Assembly: GCA_963664195.1 (NCBI GenBank)
Contig: OY760907.1
Span: 800,001-864,000, forward strand
Direction of reading: 5' to 3'
Source: an uncultured candidate division Zixibacteria bacterium
GTDB taxonomy: Bacteria > Zixibacteria > MSB-5A5 > GN15 > FEB-12
Length of the DNA: 64,000 bases
Part shown: in pieces, positions 41,234 to 50,770 of the stretch
How positions within the stretch are numbered: position 1 is the first letter of the stretch
Layout: each line of letters starts with the position of its first letter
Translations under genes and position numbers: made by a program
Notes under the pieces: generated by a model
The model's database searches: none
The model's input: the letters and a program-made list of their open reading frames with translations, nothing else
Told to the model about the DNA's origin: nothing

Positions 41234-44200
41234 CTAGTCGCCGTTTTTCAATCCTATGGGCCTGAGATACGCTGCCGAGTCGCCCAGAAGTTCCTTCAGG
41301 CTGTTCAGGAGTTCAAAATCGAGCGCCACGGCGTATCGCTTCGACTTGATATATACATCGGCTCCGTTCTCGTGTGCGGCCAGTAAAACCGGCACCGGCC
41401 CCGGATATGTTTCCAGTTTGGCCAGAGCTTCTTCAAACGACTCGTCGCTGGTCTCCGGGCCTAGCTTTATAACCAGTTGGCAACTAAAGCGTTCCGTAAG
41501 TTGTTCCAGCGGCATGATTTCGTTGCCGAGAACTTTGGGGTTCTCTTCCTCGCGGGTTGAGACTTTCCCGGTAATCAATAGGATGCGATCATCCTCGATA
41601 AACTCTTTCGCCTTGTCGTAACATTTCGAAAAAATGATCAATTCCGTGGAACCGGAGAAGTCCTCCAACTCGGCAAATGCCATCAGGTTGCCTTTTTTGT
41701 CGGTGAGGCGCTTGATCTTCCCGAGCACTCCACCGACCGTAACTTCCTGTCCATCAGGGATTTGCTCCAACCCGGAAAGCGCGACCGTAGTGAAGGCCGT
41801 CAGTTCATCGCGGTACTTGTCGAGCGGATGCCCGGATATGTAAAAACCGAGCATTTCTTTTTCTTTGGTGAGCTTGTCCGAGTTGGTCCAGTCAGGGATG
41901 TCTTTCAGGCTGGGTGCCACCCGTGCGACCTCGACACCCGATCCGGCAAACAGATCGACCGTAGATTCCTGCGCGTACACTTTGCGGCCGTAATCAAGCA
42001 TCTCTTCGACGACATCGTTGAGCTGAGCACGGGTGCCCTCAAGGCCGTCACACGCCCCGGCCGCTATCAGCGACTCCAGCGTGCGGCGATTCAGATGCCT
42101 GCCCTCTACATGGGCGGTTAAATCGGCCAACGTGTTGAACTTGCCGTGAGCCTCACGCGCTGCGCATATCTCGCGCGCCGGTCCCTCGCCGACGTTTTTC
42201 GTAGCCAACAGGCCAAACCGGATATTCCCCTCGACAACGGTAAAATTGGACTCCGATTCGTTGACGTCCGGCGGCAACACCTGAATCCCCATATGACGGC
42301 ACTCTTCGAGCATGATCATGATCCGGTCGGAGTTGCTCATTTCCGAGGTCATCAACGCCGCCATAAACTCGTGCGGATAATAATGCTTGAGCCAGGCAGT
42401 CTGGTAGGCAACAAAGGCATAGCAGGTGGCATGCGCCTTGTTGAACCCGTAGCGTGCGAAGGTCTCAATCTGGTGGAACATCTCCTCGGCGATTTCTTTC
42501 GAGACATTGTTCTCGGCCGCCCCGGCCAGAAAGTCTTTCTTCTGCTCCTCCATCAACTCGGCTTTTTTCTTGCCCATCGCCTTGCGGAGAATATCCGCCT
42601 TACCGAGCGAGTAACCGGCCATCTTGTTTGCTATCTTCAGCACTTGCTCCTGGAAGACAATAACACCGTATGTATCACCGAGAATCTTTTCCAGTATCGG
42701 GTGCGAGAATTCGGCCTTTCGGATGCCTCTTTTGCATTCGACATAAGTGTCAATCATCCCCGAGTCTAGCGGACCCGGTCGATACAGCGCGTTCATGGCC
42801 GTCAGATCGTTGAAGCAGGTGGGGCACAGTCGACGGAGGTAGTCTCGCATGCCGGAAGATTCAAACTGGAAAATGCCGATTGTATCGCCGCGTGCGAACA
42901 GCTTGTAGACCTCAGGGTCATCGAGAGGAATCTTGTCGATATCGATTTTCTTATCGGGGTGCTTCTCGCGAATCATGCGAAGCGCATCGTCGATGACCGT
43001 CAGGGTACGCAGTCCGAGAAAATCCATCTTGAGCAGACCGATAGACTCCACAATGTTCATGTCGTACTGCGTGGTTATTTCGTCCTTGCTCCCTTTGAAC
43101 AACGGCACGTAATTCGTCAGCGCCGCCGGGGCAATCACCACACCGGCTGCATGAGTGGAGCAATGCCGTGCAAGACCTTCGAGTGTAAGGGCGTAGTCAA
43201 TCAGCCGCTCAACCCGCTTGTCCTGCTTCTTCAGCTCGCGAAGTTCCGGGACCTGTTCAAGCGCGCCGGTAAGCGTCACGCCGGGACCGCCGGGGACCAT
43301 CTTGGCGATCTTGTCTATCTCACCGTACGGCATCGAAAGCACCCGGCCGACATCGCGGATCACTCCCCGCGCAGCCATCGTACCGAACGTGATGATCTGG
43401 CAGACGTTGTCCTTGCCGTATTTCTCCACCACGTACTGGATGATTTTCTCACGACCACGGTCGGCGAAATCAATATCAATATCAGGCATCGAGATGCGCT
43501 CCGGGTTCAGGAAGCGCTCAAACAGCAATTCGAAACGTATCGGGTCGACCGTCGTGATGCCCATGGCGTACGACACCAGCGAGCCGGCAGCAGAGCCACG
43601 ACCGGGGCCGACGGGGACACCGATCGAACGCGAGTAGTCGCAGAAGTCCTTCACGATCAGAAAATAACCCGCATAGCCCATCTGCTTGATGACGCCAAGT
43701 TCGTAATCGAGTCGTTCTCTGATCTCGTCGGTGACTTCATCGTACAGCTTCTCGCAGGCTTCCTCGCAGAGGTGGCGAAGGAAATCATCCGGCCCGACAA
43801 ACGGTCTTGGAATCGGGAACACGGGCAGTTTGAGATCGTCAGAGCCGAATTCAAGATTACATGCCTCGGCGATCGCGACCGTGTTTTCGAGTGCCTCCGG
43901 GAAGTCGCCAAACAACTGCTCCATTTCCTCGGCAGACTTGAAATATATCTGGTCGGTGTTGTACCGCATCCGGTTGACGTCTTCGACCATCTTGCCGGTC
44001 TGAATACACAACAGGGCGTCATGCGCCTGAGCATCCCTCTGATGCAAGTAATGACAGTCGTTTGTGACGACAAGCGGAATGCCGGTCTCGCGCGAAATGG
44101 CCGCGACTTTAGGGATGAGCAGTTCTTCCTTCTCGATCCCATGGTTCTGGATTTCGAGATAGAAATTCCCCTGCCCGAATATGTCGTTCAGTTCCCGTGC

Positions 44201-44686
44201 GACCGCGACCGCGTTTTCAGTGTCCCCTTTGAGCAGGTTCCAGTTGACCTCCCCCTTGAGACAGGCCGAAGATGCAATCAGCCCCTCGGAGTACTGTCGC
44301 AGGAGATCTTTGTCCATGCGAGGGCGATGGTAGAACCCCTCAAGGAATGCGGCGCTCGAAAGTTTCATCAAGTTCTGGTAGCCGGTCAGGTTTTTGGCGA
44401 GCAGGACGAGATGGTATCCACCGGCGGGATGGATGTTCGAGGGCTTTTTGTCGAACCGGCTGGTACCGGCGACATAAGCCTCACAGCCGACAATCGGCTT
44501 GATCCCGGCCTTCTTGGCTTTGCGATGGAACTCAATGGCGCCGAACATGTTACCGTGATCGGTGATCGCCAGCGCGGGCATTTTGTGCTCTTTGGCCAGC
44601 TCGATAACCGAATCGAGGCGACAGGCGCCATCGAGAAGGGAATACTGGCTGTGTGTATGTAGGTGGACGAAGTTGGCGTAGCTCAT
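41234..44686 (-). CDS. dnaE: DNA polymerase III alpha subunit
   Basis: HLHTHSQYSLLDG PHP domain, GRGSAAGS, PDIDIDF, KMDFLGL, YGFNKAH, OB fold. No intein apparent. Confidence 0.99.
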   Translation of the reverse strand: MSYANFVHLHTHSQYSLLDGACRLDSVIELAKEHKMPALAITDHGNMFGAIEFHRKAKKAGIKPIVGCEAYVAGTSRFDKKPSNIHPAGGYHLVLLAKNLTGYQNLMKLSSAAFLEGFYHRPRMDKDLLRQYSEGLIASSACLKGEVNWNLLKGDTENAVAVARELNDIFGQGNFYLEIQNHGIEKEELLIPKVAAISRETGIPLVVTNDCHYLHQRDAQAHDALLCIQTGKMVEDVNRMRYNTDQIYFKSAEEMEQLFGDFPEALENTVAIAEACNLEFGSDDLKLPVFPIPRPFVGPDDFLRHLCEEACEKLYDEVTDEIRERLDYELGVIKQMGYAGYFLIVKDFCDYSRSIGVPVGPGRGSAAGSLVSYAMGITTVDPIRFELLFERFLNPERISMPDIDIDFADRGREKIIQYVVEKYGKDNVCQIITFGTMAARGVIRDVGRVLSMPYGEIDKIAKMVPGGPGVTLTGALEQVPELRELKKQDKRVERLIDYALTLEGLARHCSTHAAGVVIAPAALTNYVPLFKGSKDEITTQYDMNIVESIGLLKMDFLGLRTLTVIDDALRMIREKHPDKKIDIDKIPLDDPEVYKLFARGDTIGIFQFESSGMRDYLRRLCPTCFNDLTAMNALYRPGPLDSGMIDTYVECKRGIRKAEFSHPILEKILGDTYGVIVFQEQVLKIANKMAGYSLGKADILRKAMGKKKAELMEEQKKDFLAGAAENNVSKEIAEEMFHQIETFARYGFNKAHATCYAFVAYQTAWLKHYYPHEFMAALMTSEMSNSDRIMIMLEECRHMGIQVLPPDVNESESNFTVVEGNIRFGLLATKNVGEGPAREICAAREAHGKFNTLADLTAHVEGRHLNRRTLESLIAAGACDGLEGTRAQLNDVVEEMLDYGRKVYAQESTVDLFAGSGVEVARVAPSLKDIPDWTNSDKLTKEKEMLGFYISGHPLDKYRDELTAFTTVALSGLEQIPDGQEVTVGGVLGKIKRLTDKKGNLMAFAELEDFSGSTELIIFSKCYDKAKEFIEDDRILLITGKVSTREEENPKVLGNEIMPLEQLTERFSCQLVIKLGPETSDESFEEALAKLETYPGPVPVLLAAHENGADVYIKSKRYAVALDFELLNSLKELLGDSAAYLRPIGLKNGD

Positions 44687-44839
44687 TATCGGTATAACGT
44701 CTTGTTCTCGCGTTTGGTGCTGACTTTAGATACTGTGCGGGGGGAAAACAATCAATCGCTTTTTTGGGCCTTGCGGTTGGCAGGTCTCCACAGACGGTTG
44801 GTGTTGGAACCGGCTGATTCTATTCACTCCGGGACCATC

Positions 44840-44970
44840 GGGTGCCACCCTCAAACAACTCGGCGAGTCAACGGTCTAGAATGCCACATCATGTTTGAGG
44901 GTGTCTTAGCCCGCAGGAAAATCGACGATTGCTCAAGATCACCCTCAAGGAAGCCTTGAGGGTGGCACCC
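44840..44970. repeat. 131-bp palindromic element, copy 2 (family C)
   Basis: Terminal inverted repeat GGGTGCCACCCTCAA/TTGAGGGTGGCACCC with two internal hairpins. Confidence 0.85.
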
Positions 44971-44990
44971 GAATCACAACACCAGAACAC

Positions 44991-45458
44991 CTACTGATTT
45001 CCGGTTGGGACTTCCTTCGCCTCGCCAACCGTGAAGTCCACCGCTTTCAGAATCTCCCCCTGAGAATCGAGAATCTTCACCTCCCAGTTGCCCGTCCAGG
45101 ACGGCAGAAGTTTCTTGCTGCCCCACGTACGCCAGGACGGACTCTTGACCGGGAACTCGACCGTCGCGCGCTCTTCGCCCTCGTTTGACCAGACCATCGT
45201 AATCGAGGTTGAATCCGTCGCACCGGTCACGTGACACCACAAAAAGACTTGCTCGGTGCCGGCCGGGAAATCTGACACACTGTCGACCGGCATTCTCTCG
45301 GCGACGCCGGTACACATCTGCGTTTCGACCATCAGGCCAACGGGTTCCGTCTGTGCTACCGGGACAGCCGGTGCTACAGGCTTGGTGTCAGTTTGGGCAA
45401 ACAACGATCCGCTTGCGACAACAATCATACACAGTACAATCACCATGACTCTACACAT
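44991..45458 (-). CDS. DUF2914-like secreted protein
   Basis: AGGAGGAG RBS, signal peptide, WRTWGSK and GNWEVKI motifs. Confidence 0.8.
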   Translation of the reverse strand: MCRVMVIVLCMIVVASGSLFAQTDTKPVAPAVPVAQTEPVGLMVETQMCTGVAERMPVDSVSDFPAGTEQVFLWCHVTGATDSTSITMVWSNEGEERATVEFPVKSPSWRTWGSKKLLPSWTGNWEVKILDSQGEILKAVDFTVGEAKEVPTGNQ

Positions 45459-45605
45459 AGCGCTCCTCCTTCTTTTTGGAAACGAACCCTCTGCTCTCTC
45501 TGCATATCCGATCGGAGACGAATTGTCAAGATGCAAGTTGATGTCGTGTCAGTAGGTGACAAAGTCCGACAGATGTCGGGTTTCTCGGCCACTTGATAGG
45601 CAACA

Positions 45606-45667
45606 GTAGGTCGAGACTCCTGCAGTATCGACTCACAGATGTCAAAACCGCAGGGGTTTTGACCTAC
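45606..45667. repeat. REP doublet (family A)
   Basis: GTAGGTCGAGACTCCTGCAGTATCGAC and inverted GTCAAAACCGCAGGGGTTTTGACCTAC. Confidence 0.8.
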
Positions 45668-45677
45668 TAGAAGATAT

Positions 45678-46157
45678 CTACAGGGCCATTTCAAACTCAA
45701 TCTCGTCACGGAGCGGGATGCCGTAGTTGCCGACCTCAGGAATCGAGGGCTTCATCTTGCGCGACTTGGCCAATGCGTTGACGTGGACCGCCGCAATCGT
45801 GAATCCTCGACGGTGATAAAACCGGATGGCGTCGAGATTGTCATTTGTCGTTATGAGCCAGAGCCGTTTACAGCCGATAGCTGTGGCCTCTTCACCCACG
45901 CGCTCCGTGAGCACCGTGCCGATTCCAGAGAACTGCGTGAGGGCGTCGAGCGTGACAATCTCGCATTGATCGCCGATTATCTCGTACGTGACAAGTCCCA
46001 CTCTGGTTCCTGATTCGTCGACTGCGAGAAATGCCGGCAGCTCTGCCGGATAAACCTTTCGGCCTTTCGTTATGACAAAGTCCGCCCCCCAACCGCGAAC
46101 GAGATCGAGCACCCAGCTCTTGTCTTTGTCTGCTACTTCTCTGATTGCATACGTCAT
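45678..46157 (-). CDS. GNAT acetyltransferase
   Basis: GIGTVL, LITTNDNLDAIRFYHRRGF. Confidence 0.9.
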   Translation of the reverse strand: MTYAIREVADKDKSWVLDLVRGWGADFVITKGRKVYPAELPAFLAVDESGTRVGLVTYEIIGDQCEIVTLDALTQFSGIGTVLTERVGEEATAIGCKRLWLITTNDNLDAIRFYHRRGFTIAAVHVNALAKSRKMKPSIPEVGNYGIPLRDEIEFEMAL

Positions 46158-46171
46158 TGCGATTACCAAAA

Positions 46172-46810
46172 CTAGAAACTTCCGGTGAGACCGTCGTAAA
46201 CGAAACTACCGCCAAGATACAGCAGAAACAGTGCGCAAGACAATATCAGCACCTTCAATCCCGTTCCCATAATGAGTTTGCGGCCGTTCCATATCAGCAC
46301 GGTCACGATCGTGTACCAGACAAAATCAGAAAGAATGTGACCGAGGTAAAACGCGATCGGCCCCATCACGCCGAGATCTTTCGACTGCACCAGCAACGCC
46401 AGACCGACGGTCGCCCACCAGACAAACCAGTACGGATTCGACAGCGTAGCCGTGATGCCTTTGCCCGCGAGTTTGTGTCGAGATTGATCGACCGGCGCGA
46501 ACGCGTCATACTTGACACGACTCTTCAGGGTGTTGTATCCCATTGATACGCCCATCAGCACCAACGCTATACCGCCCACAACCGCGATCACCTGCGAAAC
46601 GATAGGATTATCGGTGAGCACCGCGACGCCCATCGCCAAGACAATCACCACGCCGATCTCAGCCAGAGCATGGCCGACACAAATCACCGGGCCGGTCTGC
46701 CAACCGTGCCGTGGCGTGTCGGCGATTCCGACTGCCAGCAGCGGACCGGGCATGACCGCGCCGGAGAATCCGATCATAAACGAATTGAGGAAAATCAATG
46801 CCAGTTCCAT
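46172..46810 (-). CDS. LysE family translocator
   Basis: SGAVMPGP, GHALAE, SNPYWFVWW, GHILSDFVWY. Confidence 0.9.
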   Translation of the reverse strand: MELALIFLNSFMIGFSGAVMPGPLLAVGIADTPRHGWQTGPVICVGHALAEIGVVIVLAMGVAVLTDNPIVSQVIAVVGGIALVLMGVSMGYNTLKSRVKYDAFAPVDQSRHKLAGKGITATLSNPYWFVWWATVGLALLVQSKDLGVMGPIAFYLGHILSDFVWYTIVTVLIWNGRKLIMGTGLKVLILSCALFLLYLGGSFVYDGLTGSF

Positions 46811-46913
46811 ATTGCATTAAAGTAGGATAATCGGCCTGATGTTCCAAGCTATTCTGTGCAATGAGAGGGTCCGACGGCGGAGTGTCCCACCGCCGGCCCA
46901 CAAGAGGGATAGG

Positions 46914-48785
46914 TCAGTACAATTCTTTGAGCTTCAGCTTGAGTTTCTTCTCTTTGCCGCGCCTGAGTATGCGATACTCGTAGGTTGTGCCCTCATCCGC
47001 GCGGTTAAGTTCTCCGAGCGCGATCAATCCGTTCAGGTGCTCCACCCCTATGCCGTTAATCGACAGCACAATGTCGCCGACCTCAAACCCGGCTTTCTCA
47101 GCGGGCGTGTCTTCTGGAACGAACAGGACCTCAATCTCCTCACTGTCGTTGTATGTTAGCTGGAGGCCGCTCTTGCCCCGAGGGAAGACACGGTCAAAAT
47201 CGGCGCCCTTTTCGACAATCACCTGCTGGTTGGTGTAGTCAAGGAAGAGATTGAAATGGCGGAACAGTGGATTGCCGATGTTCCCGACCGTTTCTGTTTC
47301 ACCGAAGCCACCTTCGACATTCTCCGTCGGCATATCAATGATCGGGTTTGGCACCACGAAACCACCCAGTTCAGCCGTCTTACACAACGTAACTCTGCTC
47401 AGGTGTCCCCCTCCGGCACCGAAGGACATGGATTCGAATCCTTTGCGATTGAGCAGTCCGTTCTTTTCAGCATACGGGTAGTGCATGGTGATGCTTCCGG
47501 ATCCAATGTCAAGTTTCCATCGGCCGGAATACTTGCCATCAACCGTCATCGGAATTGTGAACAGGTTGTCGTCGAGGGGGGCATCAAGTACGACGCCGTC
47601 GCCATCATACATAAACTCTTTGGGATCGTAGAACGATATCTTGCGGTTGGCATAGTCGATTTTTGTAGTGAACCGTGAGAGGAAATCGTAACCGAGAATC
47701 CCGGCAACATCCATCCCGAACTTCTTCAGAATCTTCTTCAGATCTATCGCACCGACGACCTGTGATTCAAACTCGATTCCCGGCACGCTGAACGGCGGCA
47801 GTTTGACAAATTTGACCGACACGGTATTGCCGGTACCTCTGGCTACGGCGTCCCCTTCGAATTCGAGTCCCAGCTCGGCGGCAAAAGTTGAGTCAATCAC
47901 CGAGATGCTGGCACCGGTGTCAAGGAACCAGAGTCTCTCTTTGCAGCCGACAGTCACTTTCAGGAAGAGATGCGTTCGCTCGTAGACAAACGGTACATCA
48001 ATCGCCGCGTTGCCGGACACAAATGCAAAATCACGCGCGTCTCCGGAGGGTGGCTGAAACAGCGCCGGATCGATTTCGATTCCTATCTCCATGAGCGTGG
48101 TCTGTACCGTGACCTGCTGATCGCCGGGAGTTGATAGGCTCTCCTGTCGAAACGCCACCAGTACACCGTCGACCATGCGGTGGTCGGTGTACAGCGTTTG
48201 TGATTTGTTCTGGCCTGATTCAGTTGTCGTCTTGAGCATCACGAACGTTTGTTTGTCGAAGTAGCTGACCGATACATCCTCATTGAGCGTATTGACAGTC
48301 TTGATTTTGTAGCACTCGGCATCGCCGACCGATTCGGTTCCCTCGAAGGTGAGCGTGAAGACGTCCGAATTGCGATCGAGGTTTTCGTAGTTGGCCAGAC
48401 GTTTCGCCAGTTCGCGACGTTTCATCGTCGGCTCATCTTTGGCGATCTGGACCTTCCCGTTGGTGTCCATTGACCAGGCATATTCGCCGTTGTCGCCCGA
48501 CGTTTGCTGAAACACTTTGAGGTCCAGTTCCTGCCGCGACAACGTCGGCTGCTTTGTCCAATTTTTGACCGTGCCGGTCAGACCGGATACGGTTATCTCG
48601 GCTTCGACATAGGTCGTGGCCTGCGCTTTCATCGCGTCTATACCGCCGATGGCCTCGACGTGTTTGTTAAGGATCACGTACGGATCGGTGAGGTCCGTCT
48701 GCGGCAGCACTGGAACGGCAGCGAGCAGGAGGGCCACCGCACCGATCGCGGTCCTGAGAACGACTTTTGTTACCTGATTCATCAT
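46914..48785 (-). CDS. Secreted retropepsin-like aspartyl protease with C-terminal PDZ
   Basis: Signal peptide, EAIGG LolA-like N-domain, FLDTGAS...GILGYDFL, second unit KLDIGSG...GNIG, PDZ (TPAEKAGFEVGDIVLSING). Confidence 0.85.
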   Translation of the reverse strand: MMNQVTKVVLRTAIGAVALLLAAVPVLPQTDLTDPYVILNKHVEAIGGIDAMKAQATTYVEAEITVSGLTGTVKNWTKQPTLSRQELDLKVFQQTSGDNGEYAWSMDTNGKVQIAKDEPTMKRRELAKRLANYENLDRNSDVFTLTFEGTESVGDAECYKIKTVNTLNEDVSVSYFDKQTFVMLKTTTESGQNKSQTLYTDHRMVDGVLVAFRQESLSTPGDQQVTVQTTLMEIGIEIDPALFQPPSGDARDFAFVSGNAAIDVPFVYERTHLFLKVTVGCKERLWFLDTGASISVIDSTFAAELGLEFEGDAVARGTGNTVSVKFVKLPPFSVPGIEFESQVVGAIDLKKILKKFGMDVAGILGYDFLSRFTTKIDYANRKISFYDPKEFMYDGDGVVLDAPLDDNLFTIPMTVDGKYSGRWKLDIGSGSITMHYPYAEKNGLLNRKGFESMSFGAGGGHLSRVTLCKTAELGGFVVPNPIIDMPTENVEGGFGETETVGNIGNPLFRHFNLFLDYTNQQVIVEKGADFDRVFPRGKSGLQLTYNDSEEIEVLFVPEDTPAEKAGFEVGDIVLSINGIGVEHLNGLIALGELNRADEGTTYEYRILRRGKEKKLKLKLKELY

Positions 48786-48831
48786 ATTCCTCCAAAGGTT
48801 GGCCGTACTTCAGCCTTCTGAATTCGCATGG

Positions 48832-49692
48832 TCATTCTGTCGGCATAGTCGCAGGCTTGTCAGCGGCGGCAAGGAAACCGGCTGCCTCCATAGTAAGCCT
48901 GTTCTGAACATTCGCCAGAGTCTCTCTGACTTTCTTCATCGTGAGCCCCTTGTCGAGACGACTCCAGAGCATCTCTACCGCCAGTTCATTCACCAGTCCC
49001 CCGTAGTAGACCAGCGACAATACCGGACTACAACTCCAGACAGCCTGATGGACACGTGAGAGATCCCTGGACAGGTAGGCAACTACATGCTCGGCACCGT
49101 CGATCACTCCGTTCGCCCATTGGCCGGGCCACTTTCCGAGTATTTCCTCCCCGCGTGAATCTAGAAATATCTCGACCCCGACTATCTCTGTTGGCGCATA
49201 AACCTTGACCGTGATCTCCACCCCTCGCGCCGCCGCCGCTTCAATGTCCGGTTTGAGCATGTCCACCGCGAAAGGAAACAGGTCAAACAACCCAACCCGC
49301 TTGCAGTCCGCCAGCATTCGTCGATGCCTCCCGATCACCTGCTCGACAGTCTTAAGTTGATAAACGCGTTGATCCTCGGGCGAAGTTCTGAGTCGGTTCA
49401 ACTCCGCGGCAGCTTCATCACGGGCAGCCCGGAACTGTCGCTCCAGACTCTCGAGCAGTTCCCTCGCCGGAACGGCCCGACAAAGACGCGTTTTGCTGTC
49501 CTCGACAAGAATGGCACCCTTGTTCTGAAGCGACTCAAGAGCCTTGTAGACGTTGGCCGCGGGCTTGCCCAACCCTTTGGCCGCGCCGTAGCCGGTAGCA
49601 GGCGAGTTCTCAAGCAGGAACGCGTAAACTTCTGCCTCAAGTGAGGTTAGCCCGAGATCGACAAGCGGTTGCAGGTTCGGTGTTCTGATCAT
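48832..49692 (-). CDS. TrmB family transcriptional regulator
   Basis: LGLTSLEAEVYAFLL...ANVYKALESLQNKG winged HTH plus a C-terminal effector domain. Start at ATG 49692. Confidence 0.88.
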   Translation of the reverse strand: MIRTPNLQPLVDLGLTSLEAEVYAFLLENSPATGYGAAKGLGKPAANVYKALESLQNKGAILVEDSKTRLCRAVPARELLESLERQFRAARDEAAAELNRLRTSPEDQRVYQLKTVEQVIGRHRRMLADCKRVGLFDLFPFAVDMLKPDIEAAAARGVEITVKVYAPTEIVGVEIFLDSRGEEILGKWPGQWANGVIDGAEHVVAYLSRDLSRVHQAVWSCSPVLSLVYYGGLVNELAVEMLWSRLDKGLTMKKVRETLANVQNRLTMEAAGFLAAADKPATMPTE

Positions 49693-49699
49693 GGCGCTT

Positions 49700-49737
49700 T
49701 CCAGTATATTAGTAGCATCTGCTACTAATATACTGGA
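49700..49737. promoter_or_regulatory. 38-bp inverted repeat, putative TrmB operator
   Basis: TCCAGTATATTAGTAGCA-tc-TGCTACTAATATACTGGA, 7 nt upstream of the TrmB start codon. Confidence 0.7.
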
Positions 49738-49758
49738 TTGGCTCAAAAAAAGTTGCAC

Positions 49759-49790
49759 AAAAAAACCGGGTCTGGATATCCAGACCCGGT
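49759..49790 (-). terminator. Intrinsic terminator after crt
   Basis: ACCGGGTCTGGA-ta-TCCAGACCCGGT with an A-run on the left. Confidence 0.85.
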
Positions 49791-49819
49791 AAGATCGTTT
49801 GTTGATTCAACTCAATCGA

Positions 49820-50605
49820 TCAATGACCGGTGAACTTAGGTTTACGCTTCTCCAAGAACGCCTCGGTGCCTTCGTTCTTATCACCCGTACCACAGACCGA
49901 GCCAAAGTTCGCCTTTTCAAGGTCACAACCGGCAGTAAGGTTGACATCAAGCCCGCGGTTGATGCATTCCTTGGCCATGGCCACGGCCAGCGGTGCCTTC
50001 GTGGCGATCATTGCAGCCATTTCGAAAGCCTTGTCCATCAACTGATCTGGCGGATAGACTTCCTCCACGAGGCCGATACGGTATGCCTCAGCAGCATCGA
50101 TAATGGCGCCGGTCAATATGAGTTGCATCGCCTTGCCGCGCCCCACGAGCCTCGGCAGACGCTGTGTACCACCATAGCCGGGGATAATGCCGAGATTGAC
50201 TTCCGGCTGCCCGAACTTGGCCTTCTCAGAAGCGAGACGGATGTCGCAGGCCATGGCAATTTCGCAACCACCACCAAGCGCAAAACCGTTGATCGCTCCA
50301 ATGACGGGTTTCGGGAAGTTCTGGATTGTCTTGGCCAGATACAGGCCGTGAGCCGAAAGCTCGGTACCCGCTTTGACATCAAGATCGGCGATTTCGCCAA
50401 TGTCGGCGCCGGCCACAAACGCCTTCTCTCCTGCTCCGGTGAGAATCACAGCAGACAGGCTGTCATCGGTCCAGTGGTAGGAGAAGAGTTGCTGAAGCTC
50501 GGCCACGGTCTCTTTGTTGAGAGCATTAAGCGCCCGCTCGCGGCTGATTGTGACAACCAGCGTAGCGTCTTTCTTCTCAACGATCAGATTCTTGTATTCG
50601 GTCAT
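49820..50605 (-). CDS. crt: Enoyl-CoA hydratase (crotonase)
   Basis: LNAL, FVAGADI, ALGGGCE, GQPEVNLGIIPGYGGTQRL. Confidence 0.92.
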   Translation of the reverse strand: MTEYKNLIVEKKDATLVVTISRERALNALNKETVAELQQLFSYHWTDDSLSAVILTGAGEKAFVAGADIGEIADLDVKAGTELSAHGLYLAKTIQNFPKPVIGAINGFALGGGCEIAMACDIRLASEKAKFGQPEVNLGIIPGYGGTQRLPRLVGRGKAMQLILTGAIIDAAEAYRIGLVEEVYPPDQLMDKAFEMAAMIATKAPLAVAMAKECINRGLDVNLTAGCDLEKANFGSVCGTGDKNEGTEAFLEKRKPKFTGH

Positions 50606-50662
50606 CGTAAACCTCTTCGGTAGATAAGGCTATTGATTCTGTTTTCAGTCTAAGTTACGGCC

Positions 50663-50704
50663 GTCGAAACCGCAGGGCAACCTGTTGCGTTGGTTTCGAC
50701 CTAC
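50663..50704. repeat. REP-like palindrome (family A, long variant)
   Basis: GTCGAAACCGCAGG-gcaacctgttgcgtt-GGTTTCGACCTAC. Confidence 0.8.
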
Positions 50705-50770
50705 TCTTCAGTTGGCAGCGGTCGGACGGCGACGCTCGGTGTCGTTGTCGTAAGACAACACGCAAACGGT

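Noticed and set aside
42959..44662. 567-aa plus-strand ORF
   Set aside because: Antisense shadow of dnaE with no motifs; expected from codon bias. The same holds for the many other antisense ORFs in the track.
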